Assembly: GCA_040389985.1 (NCBI GenBank)
Contig: JAZJZH010000012.1
Location: forward strand, 35,027 to 99,026
Reading direction: 5' to 3'
Source: Pseudomonadota bacterium
Lineage (GTDB): Bacteria; Pseudomonadota; Alphaproteobacteria; Sphingomonadales; Sphingomonadaceae
Length of the DNA: 64,000 nucleotides
This document shows, one piece after another, positions 46,670 through 55,758 of the stretch (position 1 is the stretch's first letter; each line of letters opens with the position of its first letter). The notes beneath the pieces were generated by a model. That model ran no database searches and was not told the origin of the DNA. It was given only the letters and a program-made list of their open reading frames with translations. The translations under genes and the position numbers were made by a program.

Positions 46670-47800
46670 GTGGTAGGGTCCGCAAGACAGGCGATGATGG
46701 CGATAGCCGCGACAGTCGCCGTGCTGGCCTATCCGTCGTTGGGCCGGGCCGCTGAACCGCCCGTTCCAGCGCTGCCGTCCGTCAAGCCGATACCGGTCAA
46801 GGTCATCGTCGTCGCCAATTTCGAGCCGGGCGCGGATATGGGCGATGTGCCTGGCGAGTTCCAGCTTTGGGCCGAGCGCGAAAAGCTGACCGAGGTGATC
46901 CCGATCAAGGGGGCGCTGCACCCGCTGCGTCGCAATGCGGACGGATTGTACGGCATGTGCTGGGGCAGCCCGGACACGATGCTGGGCGGGGTCGCCGAGC
47001 AGTTGATGAGCCTATTGCTCGATCCACGCTTCGATTTCAGCAAGACCTATTGGCTGTTTACCGGCATATCGGGCGTCGATCCGCAAATCGCATCGGTCGG
47101 CAGCGCCGCCTGGTCGCGCTGGGTGGTGCAGGGCGACACATTGCGGGAATTTGACGACCGCGAAGTGGGCAAGGACTGGCCCTATGGCCTGTTCGCGATC
47201 GGTGCCAACGCGCCCAACAAGCTGCCCCAGAATACTGAGAGCTTCGCTGGCTTCACCGATACCGGCAAGCTGACCATGTCGGTGAAGCTGAACCAGAGCT
47301 TGGCGCAATGGGCCTATGATCGCACCAAGGATGTGACCATTCCCGACAGCCCGGCGCTGCAAAAGGCGCGGGCAGCCTGGGCGGGCTATCCCAATGCGCA
47401 AAAGCCGCCTTTCGTGCTGATGGGCGAGACACTGGGGTCAGTCCGCTACTGGCATGGCCCCGGCCGCACCCAATGGGCGCGCGACTGGGTGAAGCTGTGG
47501 ACCGGCGGCAAGGGTCGTTTCGCCATGACCAACATGGAAAGCCAATCGCTGGCCGGTGCGATGGCGATCGCCGCGAAACAGGGGCTGGTCGATCCGGCGC
47601 GCGTACTGGTGCTGCGCACCGGCAGCAATCCGTCGATGCCGCCGCCGGGCCGATCGGCCGTCGAAAGCGTCGCCGATGAAGGCGCGGGCCAAGTCGCGGC
47701 GTTCGAAGCCAATTATCGCGTCGGCGTGCCGGTGGTGCATGAATTGCTGAGCCATTGGGATAGCTACAAGAATCATGTGCCGGGAACCGATCCGCAATGA
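46670..47800 (+). CDS. secreted NUP-family protein ('purine nucleoside permease' family, nucleoside-phosphorylase-like fold), copy 1
   Basis: Signal peptide ..MMAIAATVAVLAYPSLGRAAEP. Family blocks VIVVANFEPGADMGDVPGEFQLW, DPRFDFSKTYWLFTGISGVDP, GSAAWSRW, VLVLRTGSNPSMPPPG. No TM helices after the signal peptide. The start is GTG 46670 or ATG 46694. Confidence 0.8.
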   Translation: MVGSARQAMMAIAATVAVLAYPSLGRAAEPPVPALPSVKPIPVKVIVVANFEPGADMGDVPGEFQLWAEREKLTEVIPIKGALHPLRRNADGLYGMCWGSPDTMLGGVAEQLMSLLLDPRFDFSKTYWLFTGISGVDPQIASVGSAAWSRWVVQGDTLREFDDREVGKDWPYGLFAIGANAPNKLPQNTESFAGFTDTGKLTMSVKLNQSLAQWAYDRTKDVTIPDSPALQKARAAWAGYPNAQKPPFVLMGETLGSVRYWHGPGRTQWARDWVKLWTGGKGRFAMTNMESQSLAGAMAIAAKQGLVDPARVLVLRTGSNPSMPPPGRSAVESVADEGAGQVAAFEANYRVGVPVVHELLSHWDSYKNHVPGTDPQ

Positions 47801-49326
47801 AGCGCGGCCTGGCCCTCATGACCTCGCTCGCCGTGCTGTCGCCGGCAGCGGCGCAGACGACGAGCGGGGAAGCGGCCGCCGCCGCCCTGTTCGACCGGCT
47901 GGCGGACAGTCCGCCTGCGCAGCGGCTGTTCCTCAAGGCGATGCCCAAGGGCGGCGACCTGCACAATCATTTGGGTGGCACACCCTATGCGGAAGATTAT
48001 CTGCGCTGGGCGGCGCAGGCGGGCCTGTGCGTGGACGACAGCGGCACCCGCGTCGTCGCGCCGCCCTGCCCGGCAGCGCAGGCGGTCAAACATGTGGGCG
48101 AACAGACCCCTTTCGCCTTCGCCCGGCTGGTCGATGCCATGTCAACGCGCGGCGTGCAGCAGGGCGTGGGCGCGAATGACGCATCGGGCCATACGCAGTT
48201 TTTCGGCAGTTTCGACCGGTTCGGCCCGACTGGCCCGGCCGCGGACGCCGGCGCCTTGGTTGTTGCGCGGCAGGTCGCGGCGGGCGATCGGGTCGGCTAT
48301 CTGGAACTGATCCATAATCCTGACGCACTGATCGCGGCGACGCTGGGCGCGGCGGACGTAAAGCTGGACGCCAGCGGCCTGGCCGCCTTCTACCGCCGGA
48401 CGATCAAGGAAGCGAAGCCCGTCATCGATCGGGCGATTGCGGAACTGGATGCGAACGAGGCCGCGGCGGGCAAGGCGCTGGCCTGTCGCGGCGCGAACGC
48501 CGATCCTGGCTGCGGCGTTGCGATCCGCTATCTCGCCTGGGGCTGGCGCGATCTGCCTCCCGCGCAGGCCTTCACTTCGTTGATCCTCGCCTTCGCGCTG
48601 GCCGATCGCGATCCGCGCTATGTCGGCATCAACATCGTCCAGCCGGAAGATTGGGTGATCGCGCTGCGCGACTATGACCTTCACATGGCGATGCTCCGCT
48701 TTCTGGCGGAACGGCACCCCCGCGTGCATCGCACCCTGCACGCGGGCGAACTGGCGTTCGGCCTGGTGCCGCCCGCCGCCCTGCGCGACCATATCGCCAA
48801 GGCGCTGGACGCCGGCGCGGAACGGATCGGCCATGGCACCGCCATCGCTTACGAGGACGACGCCATCGCCACGCTGGCGCGGATGGCGCGCGACGATGTC
48901 GCGGTGGAAATCAACCTGACCAGCAATGCGGTGATATTGGGGGTGAAGGGCGACGATCACCCGCTGCGCCTCTATCGCCGGGCGGGCGTTGCGACGCTGC
49001 TATCGACCGACGATCAGGGCATATTGCGGACTGACATGACCCAGGAATATCTGCGCGCCGCGCGCGAACAGGGCATGGGCTATGCGGATCTCAAGCAGAT
49101 GGCGCGCACCAGCCTGGAGCAGGCGTTCGTCGACGGGGCCAGCATTTGGGCGGACAGGCATGTTGGCACACGCGCCCCGCCCTGCGCCGCGGGCTGGACC
49201 GACGATCGCTGTCGCAGTCTCGCACGATCCAGTTCCAAGGCCGCACTTCAAATCCAATTGGAGGAAGATTTCGATATTTTCGAAGATGTTACCGTTGCCA
49301 ACCTGCATAGATCGATCGGGCCGTAG
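47797..49326 (+). CDS. secreted long-form adenosine deaminase (ADGF/ADA2-like)
   Basis: Signal peptide MKRGLALMTSLAVLSPAAAQ. Metal motifs KGGDLHNHLGG, LHAGE, LSTDDQG. 509 aa, versus about 335 for cytosolic forms. ATGA overlap with NUP copy 1. Confidence 0.8.
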   Translation: MKRGLALMTSLAVLSPAAAQTTSGEAAAAALFDRLADSPPAQRLFLKAMPKGGDLHNHLGGTPYAEDYLRWAAQAGLCVDDSGTRVVAPPCPAAQAVKHVGEQTPFAFARLVDAMSTRGVQQGVGANDASGHTQFFGSFDRFGPTGPAADAGALVVARQVAAGDRVGYLELIHNPDALIAATLGAADVKLDASGLAAFYRRTIKEAKPVIDRAIAELDANEAAAGKALACRGANADPGCGVAIRYLAWGWRDLPPAQAFTSLILAFALADRDPRYVGINIVQPEDWVIALRDYDLHMAMLRFLAERHPRVHRTLHAGELAFGLVPPAALRDHIAKALDAGAERIGHGTAIAYEDDAIATLARMARDDVAVEINLTSNAVILGVKGDDHPLRLYRRAGVATLLSTDDQGILRTDMTQEYLRAAREQGMGYADLKQMARTSLEQAFVDGASIWADRHVGTRAPPCAAGWTDDRCRSLARSSSKAALQIQLEEDFDIFEDVTVANLHRSIGP

Positions 49327-49377
49327 CGAGCCTACCGATCACTGGCAGAAGAACGATAAAAAATAAGACATTTTCTT

Positions 49378-49419
49378 TGCTGCGCCGCGTCAAGACTATT
49401 AGCATGACGCATTGCAGCA
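49378..49419. promoter_or_regulatory. composite palindrome TGCTGC-gcc-GCGTCA-N12-TGACGC-att-GCAGCA upstream of the receptor gene
   Basis: Read directly in the AT-rich 188-bp leader, followed by the A/T tract TCAAAAAATTTTATAGG (a possible -10 region). It could be a dyad operator or an RNA hairpin. Confidence 0.35.
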
Positions 49420-49514
49420 TCAAAAAATTTTATAGGAGAGGCAGACAGCAGGGACAACCGGCTGGCGAAGCCGTGGGGATTTACGCTTCGTCGCCATTAT
49501 AAAGGGGGCTCAAC

Positions 49515-52025
49515 ATGGCGCATTATCTGCCTTTTCATCGTTCTAATATTCATGCTGCGCGGCAACATCGTTCGCGACCTGGATCGACCGCCATCGCCAC
49601 GCTGGCGTTGCTGTCCTGCACCGCCCTAAGTCCTGGGCTGAGTTCCGCCGCCTGGGCGCAGACTCCCGCGCCGGAGGATGCGCCGGAGCCGACCGCTGAA
49701 ATCGTGGTGACGGGCGCGCTCGATGCGTTGCCGATTAAAAATGTCGGTTCCATCTTTGGCTTCGACAAGACGATCCTCGAAACCCCGCGCTCCGCATCGA
49801 CCATCAGCAGCGAGCAGATGGAGCGGTTCGGCATCACCGACATTTATGACCTGGTCGCGCAGGCGCCCGGCACCTTCACCAACAGTTTCTTCGGCGTAGG
49901 CGGCGCGCTCGACATTCGCGGCACGCCCGGCGAAGTCTATTTTCGCGGCATGCGCCGCCTGGATAATCCGGGCAACTATCCCACGCCCATCGGCGCATCG
50001 GACCGCATCGACATCGTCCGCGGCCCCGCATCGCCGATTTTCGGCCCGTCCAAGACCGGCGGCTACATGAATTTCGTGCCGAAGTCGGCGCGCGTTGCCG
50101 ACGGCAAGTTGCGCGACAAGGCGAGTGGCGAAATCAGCTATACCCGCGGTAGCTGGGACATGAACGTCGTCAAGGGCAATGTCTCCGGCCCGCTCAAGAT
50201 CGGCGAGCAGGAATTCGGCTACAGCCTGTTCGGCCAATATGAGGATGACGGCAGCTATTATCGCAACATGTCGACCAAGCAGACCATCCTGCAAGGCTCC
50301 TTCGACACCGACCTGTCGGACCATGTCCGCATCGAATTTGGCGGCCAATATCAGAACTATAAGGGTCAGCAAAATGGCGGCTGGAACCGCCTGACCCAGG
50401 CGCTGGTCGATGACGGCACCTATATCACCGGCCAGGCGCAGCCGCTGGATACCAGCGGCGACGGGCAGATTTCGCAGCAGGAAATCAAGGCTTCGGTGCC
50501 CGGCGGATTCTCGATTTTCGGCAACTTCTCCTGCCCCAACAGCACGTTCAGCCCCTTTGCCAGCGGCTTTACCGACGCCTGCTTCACGTCGACCTATCCC
50601 AGCTTGGCGCTGACCAATACCGGCACGACAAAGCTCAGCCGCCGCGATGTGCTGACCGGAAAGGACGACCGTTTGGTCAACCGGGGTTCGACCTTCTACT
50701 TCGACGCTATCTATACGGCCGACAGCGGTTTCGAGTTGAAGAACCAGTGGTTCTACGACAGCTATGAAAATATGAACGAGAACGCCTATGGCTTCTCGCA
50801 ATTCCATGACAGCTGGGTGATCGAGGACAAGATTGTCGCGTCCAAGACGCTGGAAAGCAGCGCGGGCAAATTCTCCTTCCAGCTGTCGCCGTCGGTCCGC
50901 TACACCAAGTTCGCGCATGGCGACGACTTCAATTATGAATATTTCCACCGCGTCGACCTGACGGTGGGCTATGATGCGTTGTCGGACCGCCTGCTGTCGA
51001 CCGAATGCGACTGCGACTACACCAATTATGTCGTCGGTCATTATAGCGACCTGGCGCTGGCGGGGCTGGTCGATCTCGACTTCGCTTTCGGCCTGGATGT
51101 GACGCTGGGTGCGCGCTACGACCATCTGGACGTCAAGGCGACCAACATCACGTCGAAGATGGAAGCGCCCGCCGTCGGCCTGGCGGCGAATAACGCCAGC
51201 GGCAGCAAGGGCGCCTGGTCCTGGTCGGGCAGCGCATCCTACAAGCTGCCCTTCGGCCTGATCCCCTATGGCACCATCGCCAAGCAATCGACGGTGATTG
51301 CGGGTCAGGGCGCGGAAATCTATCCGGCCGATGTCGCCGGCGGCACTTTCCTCTCCGCCTCCAAACTTTATGAAGGTGGGATCAAGGGCAGTTGGCTCGA
51401 CAACAAGCTCTATGCGGCCGTGTCGGTTTACAAGCAGAAGCGCACCGACTTTAACATCCAGTCGATCACGGTGAACCAGTCGGTCGAAACCAAGGGGCTG
51501 GAGGCGGAATTCCGCTGGTCGGTTGATCGTCACCTACTCATTACCGGCGCCTACACCCACACCAATGTCTATAATCTGACCGCGTTGCAGGACGGCAGCC
51601 TGTTCAGCTTCTTTGGCATCGAGGATCTGGTGAACGTGTCCGATCCGACCCTCTATCTGGGCGGCCAGCCGATCGGGTTGGTGCCGATCAACAGCAAGAA
51701 CGATTCCAAGCGCGCGGGTATTCCTGAAAATATGTATTCGGCCACCGCAACCTATGCGTTCGACTTCGGCCTCGCTTTGTCGGGCAGCCTGGTGCATGTC
51801 GAGTCGGTCTATTCGGGCCAAAGCCAGGCAGTGAAGCTACCGGCCTATACCACCGTGGACCTGGGCGTATCGTTCGAAACCGGACCGATGCTGTTGCGCC
51901 TGGTGGTGAAGAACGCGACCAACGAGAAATATTTCCGCGCCAACTTCACCGAATTGTTCGGCAGCACCATCGTCCTGCCGGAACGGCCGCGCAGCTTCCA
52001 GGCGTCCGCCGTCTATAAATTCTGA
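49515..52025 (+). CDS. TonB-dependent receptor (nucleoside-locus associated)
   Basis: AAGGGGG RBS. Long signal region ..TLALLSCTALSPGLSSAAWAQ. Plug AEIVVTGALD..ILETPRSASTISSEQMERFGITDIYDLV..DIRG..IDIVRGPASPIFG. C-terminal ..SAVYKF. Confidence 0.92.
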   Translation: MAHYLPFHRSNIHAARQHRSRPGSTAIATLALLSCTALSPGLSSAAWAQTPAPEDAPEPTAEIVVTGALDALPIKNVGSIFGFDKTILETPRSASTISSEQMERFGITDIYDLVAQAPGTFTNSFFGVGGALDIRGTPGEVYFRGMRRLDNPGNYPTPIGASDRIDIVRGPASPIFGPSKTGGYMNFVPKSARVADGKLRDKASGEISYTRGSWDMNVVKGNVSGPLKIGEQEFGYSLFGQYEDDGSYYRNMSTKQTILQGSFDTDLSDHVRIEFGGQYQNYKGQQNGGWNRLTQALVDDGTYITGQAQPLDTSGDGQISQQEIKASVPGGFSIFGNFSCPNSTFSPFASGFTDACFTSTYPSLALTNTGTTKLSRRDVLTGKDDRLVNRGSTFYFDAIYTADSGFELKNQWFYDSYENMNENAYGFSQFHDSWVIEDKIVASKTLESSAGKFSFQLSPSVRYTKFAHGDDFNYEYFHRVDLTVGYDALSDRLLSTECDCDYTNYVVGHYSDLALAGLVDLDFAFGLDVTLGARYDHLDVKATNITSKMEAPAVGLAANNASGSKGAWSWSGSASYKLPFGLIPYGTIAKQSTVIAGQGAEIYPADVAGGTFLSASKLYEGGIKGSWLDNKLYAAVSVYKQKRTDFNIQSITVNQSVETKGLEAEFRWSVDRHLLITGAYTHTNVYNLTALQDGSLFSFFGIEDLVNVSDPTLYLGGQPIGLVPINSKNDSKRAGIPENMYSATATYAFDFGLALSGSLVHVESVYSGQSQAVKLPAYTTVDLGVSFETGPMLLRLVVKNATNEKYFRANFTELFGSTIVLPERPRSFQASAVYKF

Positions 52026-52032
52026 TCTGTTT

Positions 52033-52069
52033 CGGGGAGCGCAGCATCTCTGTGCTCCCCGTCCCTTTT
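52033..52069 (+). terminator. rho-independent terminator after the receptor gene
   Basis: CGGGGAGC (52033..52040) / GCTCCCCG (52054..52061), followed by TCCCTTTTA. Confidence 0.55.
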
Positions 52070-52088
52070 ACCGGAAGGCCCTGCGCCG

Positions 52089-53198
52089 ATGCCATTTGCT
52101 GCCCGCCGCCTGATTGGGACTGTCTGGGCCTGCCTTGCCCTGTTTGGGGTCGGGACCGCCGGGGCCGCGTCACCAGCGGTCGATGCCGTTCTTGCCTGTG
52201 TGCCCGGCAAGCCGTGCGCCACGAGCCTGCCCGTCCGCATGGTCATCGTCACCATGTTCGAAATCGGCGCGGATGAGGGCGATGCGCCCGGCGAGTTCCA
52301 GTTGTGGAAGGAAAGGCGGCAGCTCAATGTCCGCATCCCCTTCACCCAATCCTGGCACGACCTCTATTACAACCCAGACACCCAGATATTGGCGATGGTG
52401 ACCGGCGTCGGCACCGCGCGGTCCGCCACCGCGACCATGGCGTTGGGCCTCGACCCACGCTTCGACCTGTCCAAAGCTTATTGGCTGGTCGCAGGCATTG
52501 CCGGCATCGACCCGCAGGATGCATCAATCGGATCGGCTGCCTGGGCGCGCTACAGCGTCGACGGCGATCTGGTCCATGAAATTGACGCACGCGAAATACC
52601 CAAAGGCTGGGCATCGGGCTTCTTCGCGCTCGACCGCAAGGGACCGGACGACCTCAATCCGCCTGATACCGATGGCCGGACCTTCGCCATGAACCCCAAG
52701 CTGGTCGACTGGGCCTATGCCCTGACCAAAGATACGCCCCTACCCGACGATCCGGGCGTGGCGGCGGCGCGTGCAGCCTATAAGGGCTATCCCAATGCCC
52801 AGCGCCCGCCCTTCGTCCTGATCGGCGACCAATTGTCGGCCATGACCTTCTGGCACGGCAAGCTGATGAACGACTGGGCCAATGACTGGGTCAAGCGCGC
52901 CACCCAGGGCAAGGGCGAGTTCGTCACCTCCGCCATGGAAGAAACCGGTACGTTCCAGGCGCTGACCTATCTCGACAAAGTCGGACGGGCGGACAAGCAG
53001 CGGGTCATGCTGTTGCGATCGGGCAGCAACTATTCCATGCCGCCGCCCGGCGTGACCGCAGCCGACAATCTACTGCGTGAAAATGAAGGCTATTCCGGCA
53101 TGCGGGCATCGCTCGAAAGCCTGTATCTGGTCGGATCGAAAGTCGTGGACGAATTGCTGGATCATTGGGACCGCTACGAGCAGGCGCCGCCGCAATGA
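52089..53198 (+). CDS. secreted NUP-family protein, copy 2
   Basis: Signal peptide MPFAARRLIGTVWACLALFGVGTAGAAS. Same family blocks as copy 1 (VIVTMFEIGADEGDAPGEFQLW, DPRFDLSKAYWLVAGIAGIDP, GSAAWARY, VMLLRSGSNYSMPPPG). Confidence 0.85.
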   Translation: MPFAARRLIGTVWACLALFGVGTAGAASPAVDAVLACVPGKPCATSLPVRMVIVTMFEIGADEGDAPGEFQLWKERRQLNVRIPFTQSWHDLYYNPDTQILAMVTGVGTARSATATMALGLDPRFDLSKAYWLVAGIAGIDPQDASIGSAAWARYSVDGDLVHEIDAREIPKGWASGFFALDRKGPDDLNPPDTDGRTFAMNPKLVDWAYALTKDTPLPDDPGVAAARAAYKGYPNAQRPPFVLIGDQLSAMTFWHGKLMNDWANDWVKRATQGKGEFVTSAMEETGTFQALTYLDKVGRADKQRVMLLRSGSNYSMPPPGVTAADNLLRENEGYSGMRASLESLYLVGSKVVDELLDHWDRYEQAPPQ

Positions 53199-54586
53199 CC
53201 GCAGCACCGTTCGCCATCCCGCAGGCTGCGCCTGAGCAACCGACGGGAATGACGGCGGCGCAAGCGCGCGATCCCGATCACTTCCCCGGCCTGGCCATCG
53301 CCATCACGCTGGGCATCCAGCATGTGCTGGCCATGTTCGTCAGCAACATCACGCCCGCCATCATCATCGCGGGCGCCGCCGGGTTCGGCTATGGATCGGC
53401 GGACCCCGGCGCGCTCATCTACATGATCCAGATGGCGATGTTGTTCGCCGGCCTGACCACCCTGCTTCAGACGGTAGGCGTGGGACCGGTGGGTGCGCGC
53501 CTGCCCCTGGTGCAGGGCACCAGCTTTGCCTTTCTCCCGGTCATCATCCCGATCTGCGCCGGGCGCGGGGTGGACGCCATGGCGGAACTGACCGCTGCGG
53601 CGCTGTGCGGCGGGCTGTTCCATGCGGTATTGAGCATGTTTGTCGGCCGTATCCGCTTCGCCTTGCCGCCGCTGGTCACGGGCTTGGTCGTGCTGATGAT
53701 CGCCCTGTCGCTGATGCGGGTCGGCATCCAATATGCCGCCGGCGGGGTCATGGCGCAGGGAACGCCGGCCTATGGCGCGGGGGCTGGCTGGCTGCTGGCG
53801 GGCGTGGTCATCGTCACGACGCTGGGGCTCAGCTTTTTCGCGCGAGGGCTGTGGTCCACCGCGTCTGTGCTGCTGGGACTGCTGGCGGGCTATGCCCTCG
53901 CCGCCGCCATGGGCCGGGTGTCGCTGGCCCCGATTGGCGCCGCGCCTGTCGTTATGCTGCCCGACCCGTTCCATTTCGGCTTCGCCCTGTCCGCGTCCGC
54001 CATATTGGGCTTCTGCCTGATGGGCTTCATCTCCGCGATCGAATCGATCGCCGACGTGTCGGCCATCTGCGAAGCCAATGTCGGTCGGCGGGCACGCGAC
54101 AGCGAATTGATCGGCGCAACGGCCGCCGATGGCGTCGGGACCGCGATCGGAGCGCTGTTCGGGGCCATGCCCAATACGAGCTTCAGCCAGAATGTAGGAT
54201 TGATCGCCATTACCGGCATCGTCAGCCGCCATGTCGTGACGGTCGGCGCGCTGTTTCTGGTCCTGTGCGGATTGGTGCCCAAGATCGGCGCGGCCATCAC
54301 CACCATTCCGATCGAGGTGCTGGGCGGCGGGGTCATTTTGATGTTCGGCATGGTCGCGTCGGCCGCCCTGTCCATGCTGTCGGCGGTCGCATGGACGCAG
54401 CGCAACATGTTAATCTTCGGCCTCGCCTTGTCACTGGGCATCGGGCTGGAGCTTGAACCCGATGCGCTGTCGCATGTGCCCACGTCCGCGCGCATCATTC
54501 TGGCGTCCGGCGTGCTGCCGGCTGCCCTGATCGCCGTCATACTCAACCTGATCGTGCCGGGCCGCACGCCTCTGCGGCAGAACTGA
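53195..54586 (+). CDS. NCS2 nucleobase:cation symporter (xanthine/uracil/urate permease type)
   Basis: ATG 53195 overlaps the NUP stop (ATGA). Motif ITLGIQHVLAMFVSNITPAIII. About 13 TM helices. Confidence 0.88.
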   Translation: MTAAPFAIPQAAPEQPTGMTAAQARDPDHFPGLAIAITLGIQHVLAMFVSNITPAIIIAGAAGFGYGSADPGALIYMIQMAMLFAGLTTLLQTVGVGPVGARLPLVQGTSFAFLPVIIPICAGRGVDAMAELTAAALCGGLFHAVLSMFVGRIRFALPPLVTGLVVLMIALSLMRVGIQYAAGGVMAQGTPAYGAGAGWLLAGVVIVTTLGLSFFARGLWSTASVLLGLLAGYALAAAMGRVSLAPIGAAPVVMLPDPFHFGFALSASAILGFCLMGFISAIESIADVSAICEANVGRRARDSELIGATAADGVGTAIGALFGAMPNTSFSQNVGLIAITGIVSRHVVTVGALFLVLCGLVPKIGAAITTIPIEVLGGGVILMFGMVASAALSMLSAVAWTQRNMLIFGLALSLGIGLELEPDALSHVPTSARIILASGVLPAALIAVILNLIVPGRTPLRQN

Positions 54587-54593
54587 CCCTGCG

Positions 54594-55628
54594 CTATCCG
54601 GCCGTGCTCCGCCGCACGACCAGCCTGGTGCCCAGCGTGCAGGGCGGCAGCGGCCGATCCTCCACCTGCGCGACCAGCGTATCGACCAACAATTGCCCGG
54701 CCCCCTTCATGTCCTGCATGATGGTGGTCAGCGGCGGCGTGGTCAGGCTGGCGGCCGGTATATCGTCGAAGCCTATAATGGCGACGTCGCCCGGAACGGA
54801 CAGGCCCGCCTCCGCCAGCGCGCGCATCGCGCCGATTGCGATCAGGTCGCTCGCCGCAAAGATGGCGTCGAAGGGCTTGGCCCGCGCAATCAGGGTTCGG
54901 GCCGCGGTATGGCCGGCATCCTCGGCCGTCAGCGCATCTACCTGCAACGCGGGGTCAAGGGCAACGCCGACCGCTGCCATCGCCTGGCACAGGCCGCGAT
55001 AGCGATCGGCAAATTCGGGATAATGTTCGTCCGCCTGACCTAGAAAGGCGATGCGACGGCGGCCGATACTGAGCAGATGCTCGCCGGCCAGGCGGCCCGC
55101 CCCGACATTGTCCGATCCCACGGTCGGCCCGATCGTGTCCTCCCCCGCCGACCCCCAGCGGACGAAATGCGTGCCATGATCAACCAGTTCGGTCAGTCGC
55201 CGGGCGTAGAGCGTATAGTCGCCATAGCCGAGCAGGATGAGGCCGTCGGCGCGGTGACTGTCCTGGTAACGGACATGCCAGTCATACTCCATCTTCTGGA
55301 AGGAAATGAGCAGGTCCAGTCCGCGCACGCCGCATTGCCGGGTGATCGATCCCAGCATGGCCAGGAAGAAGGGATTGATGTTGGATTCATCGGGGGTGGG
55401 ATCTTCGAAGAACAGCAGCGCGATGGTGTTCGATCGTTGCGACCGGAGCGAGGACGCATTTTTATCGACCGAATAGTTGAGTTCGCGCGCGATCGCCTCG
55501 ATCCGCTGGCGCGTGGCCAGGCTGACCGATCGCGATCCGCGCAGCGCGCGGCTGACAGTTGGCTGCGACACGCCCGCCAGATAGGCGATGTCGAAGCTCG
55601 TCGGCTTGCTGCTGGGCTGGCGCCCCAT
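54594..55628 (-). CDS. LacI-family transcriptional regulator (maltodextrin locus)
   Basis: HTH TSFDIAYLAGVSQPTVSRALRG. Sugar-binding core ..IIGFDDIPAASLTTPPLTTIMQD. Confidence 0.93.
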   Translation of the reverse strand: MGRQPSSKPTSFDIAYLAGVSQPTVSRALRGSRSVSLATRQRIEAIARELNYSVDKNASSLRSQRSNTIALLFFEDPTPDESNINPFFLAMLGSITRQCGVRGLDLLISFQKMEYDWHVRYQDSHRADGLILLGYGDYTLYARRLTELVDHGTHFVRWGSAGEDTIGPTVGSDNVGAGRLAGEHLLSIGRRRIAFLGQADEHYPEFADRYRGLCQAMAAVGVALDPALQVDALTAEDAGHTAARTLIARAKPFDAIFAASDLIAIGAMRALAEAGLSVPGDVAIIGFDDIPAASLTTPPLTTIMQDMKGAGQLLVDTLVAQVEDRPLPPCTLGTRLVVRRSTAG

Positions 55629-55758
55629 CTCTCTCCTCCCGGCGCGTTGGATGCGCCACAGCCATGCTAGGGATCATCCCAAAACAAGGCAATTGCGCCC
55701 TGGGCGATCACGTCCCCCGTTGCATAGCAGCCACAGGCCGTGGCCATGCATAATATGC

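Noticed and set aside
49327-49514. Possible purine/guanine riboswitch in front of the nucleoside-locus receptor.
   Set aside because: I could not find the conserved three-way-junction core (the U-rich J1/2, the loop-loop kissing motifs or the specificity C/U context). Only generic hairpins are present. I kept it as an unexplained structured leader, not a riboswitch call.
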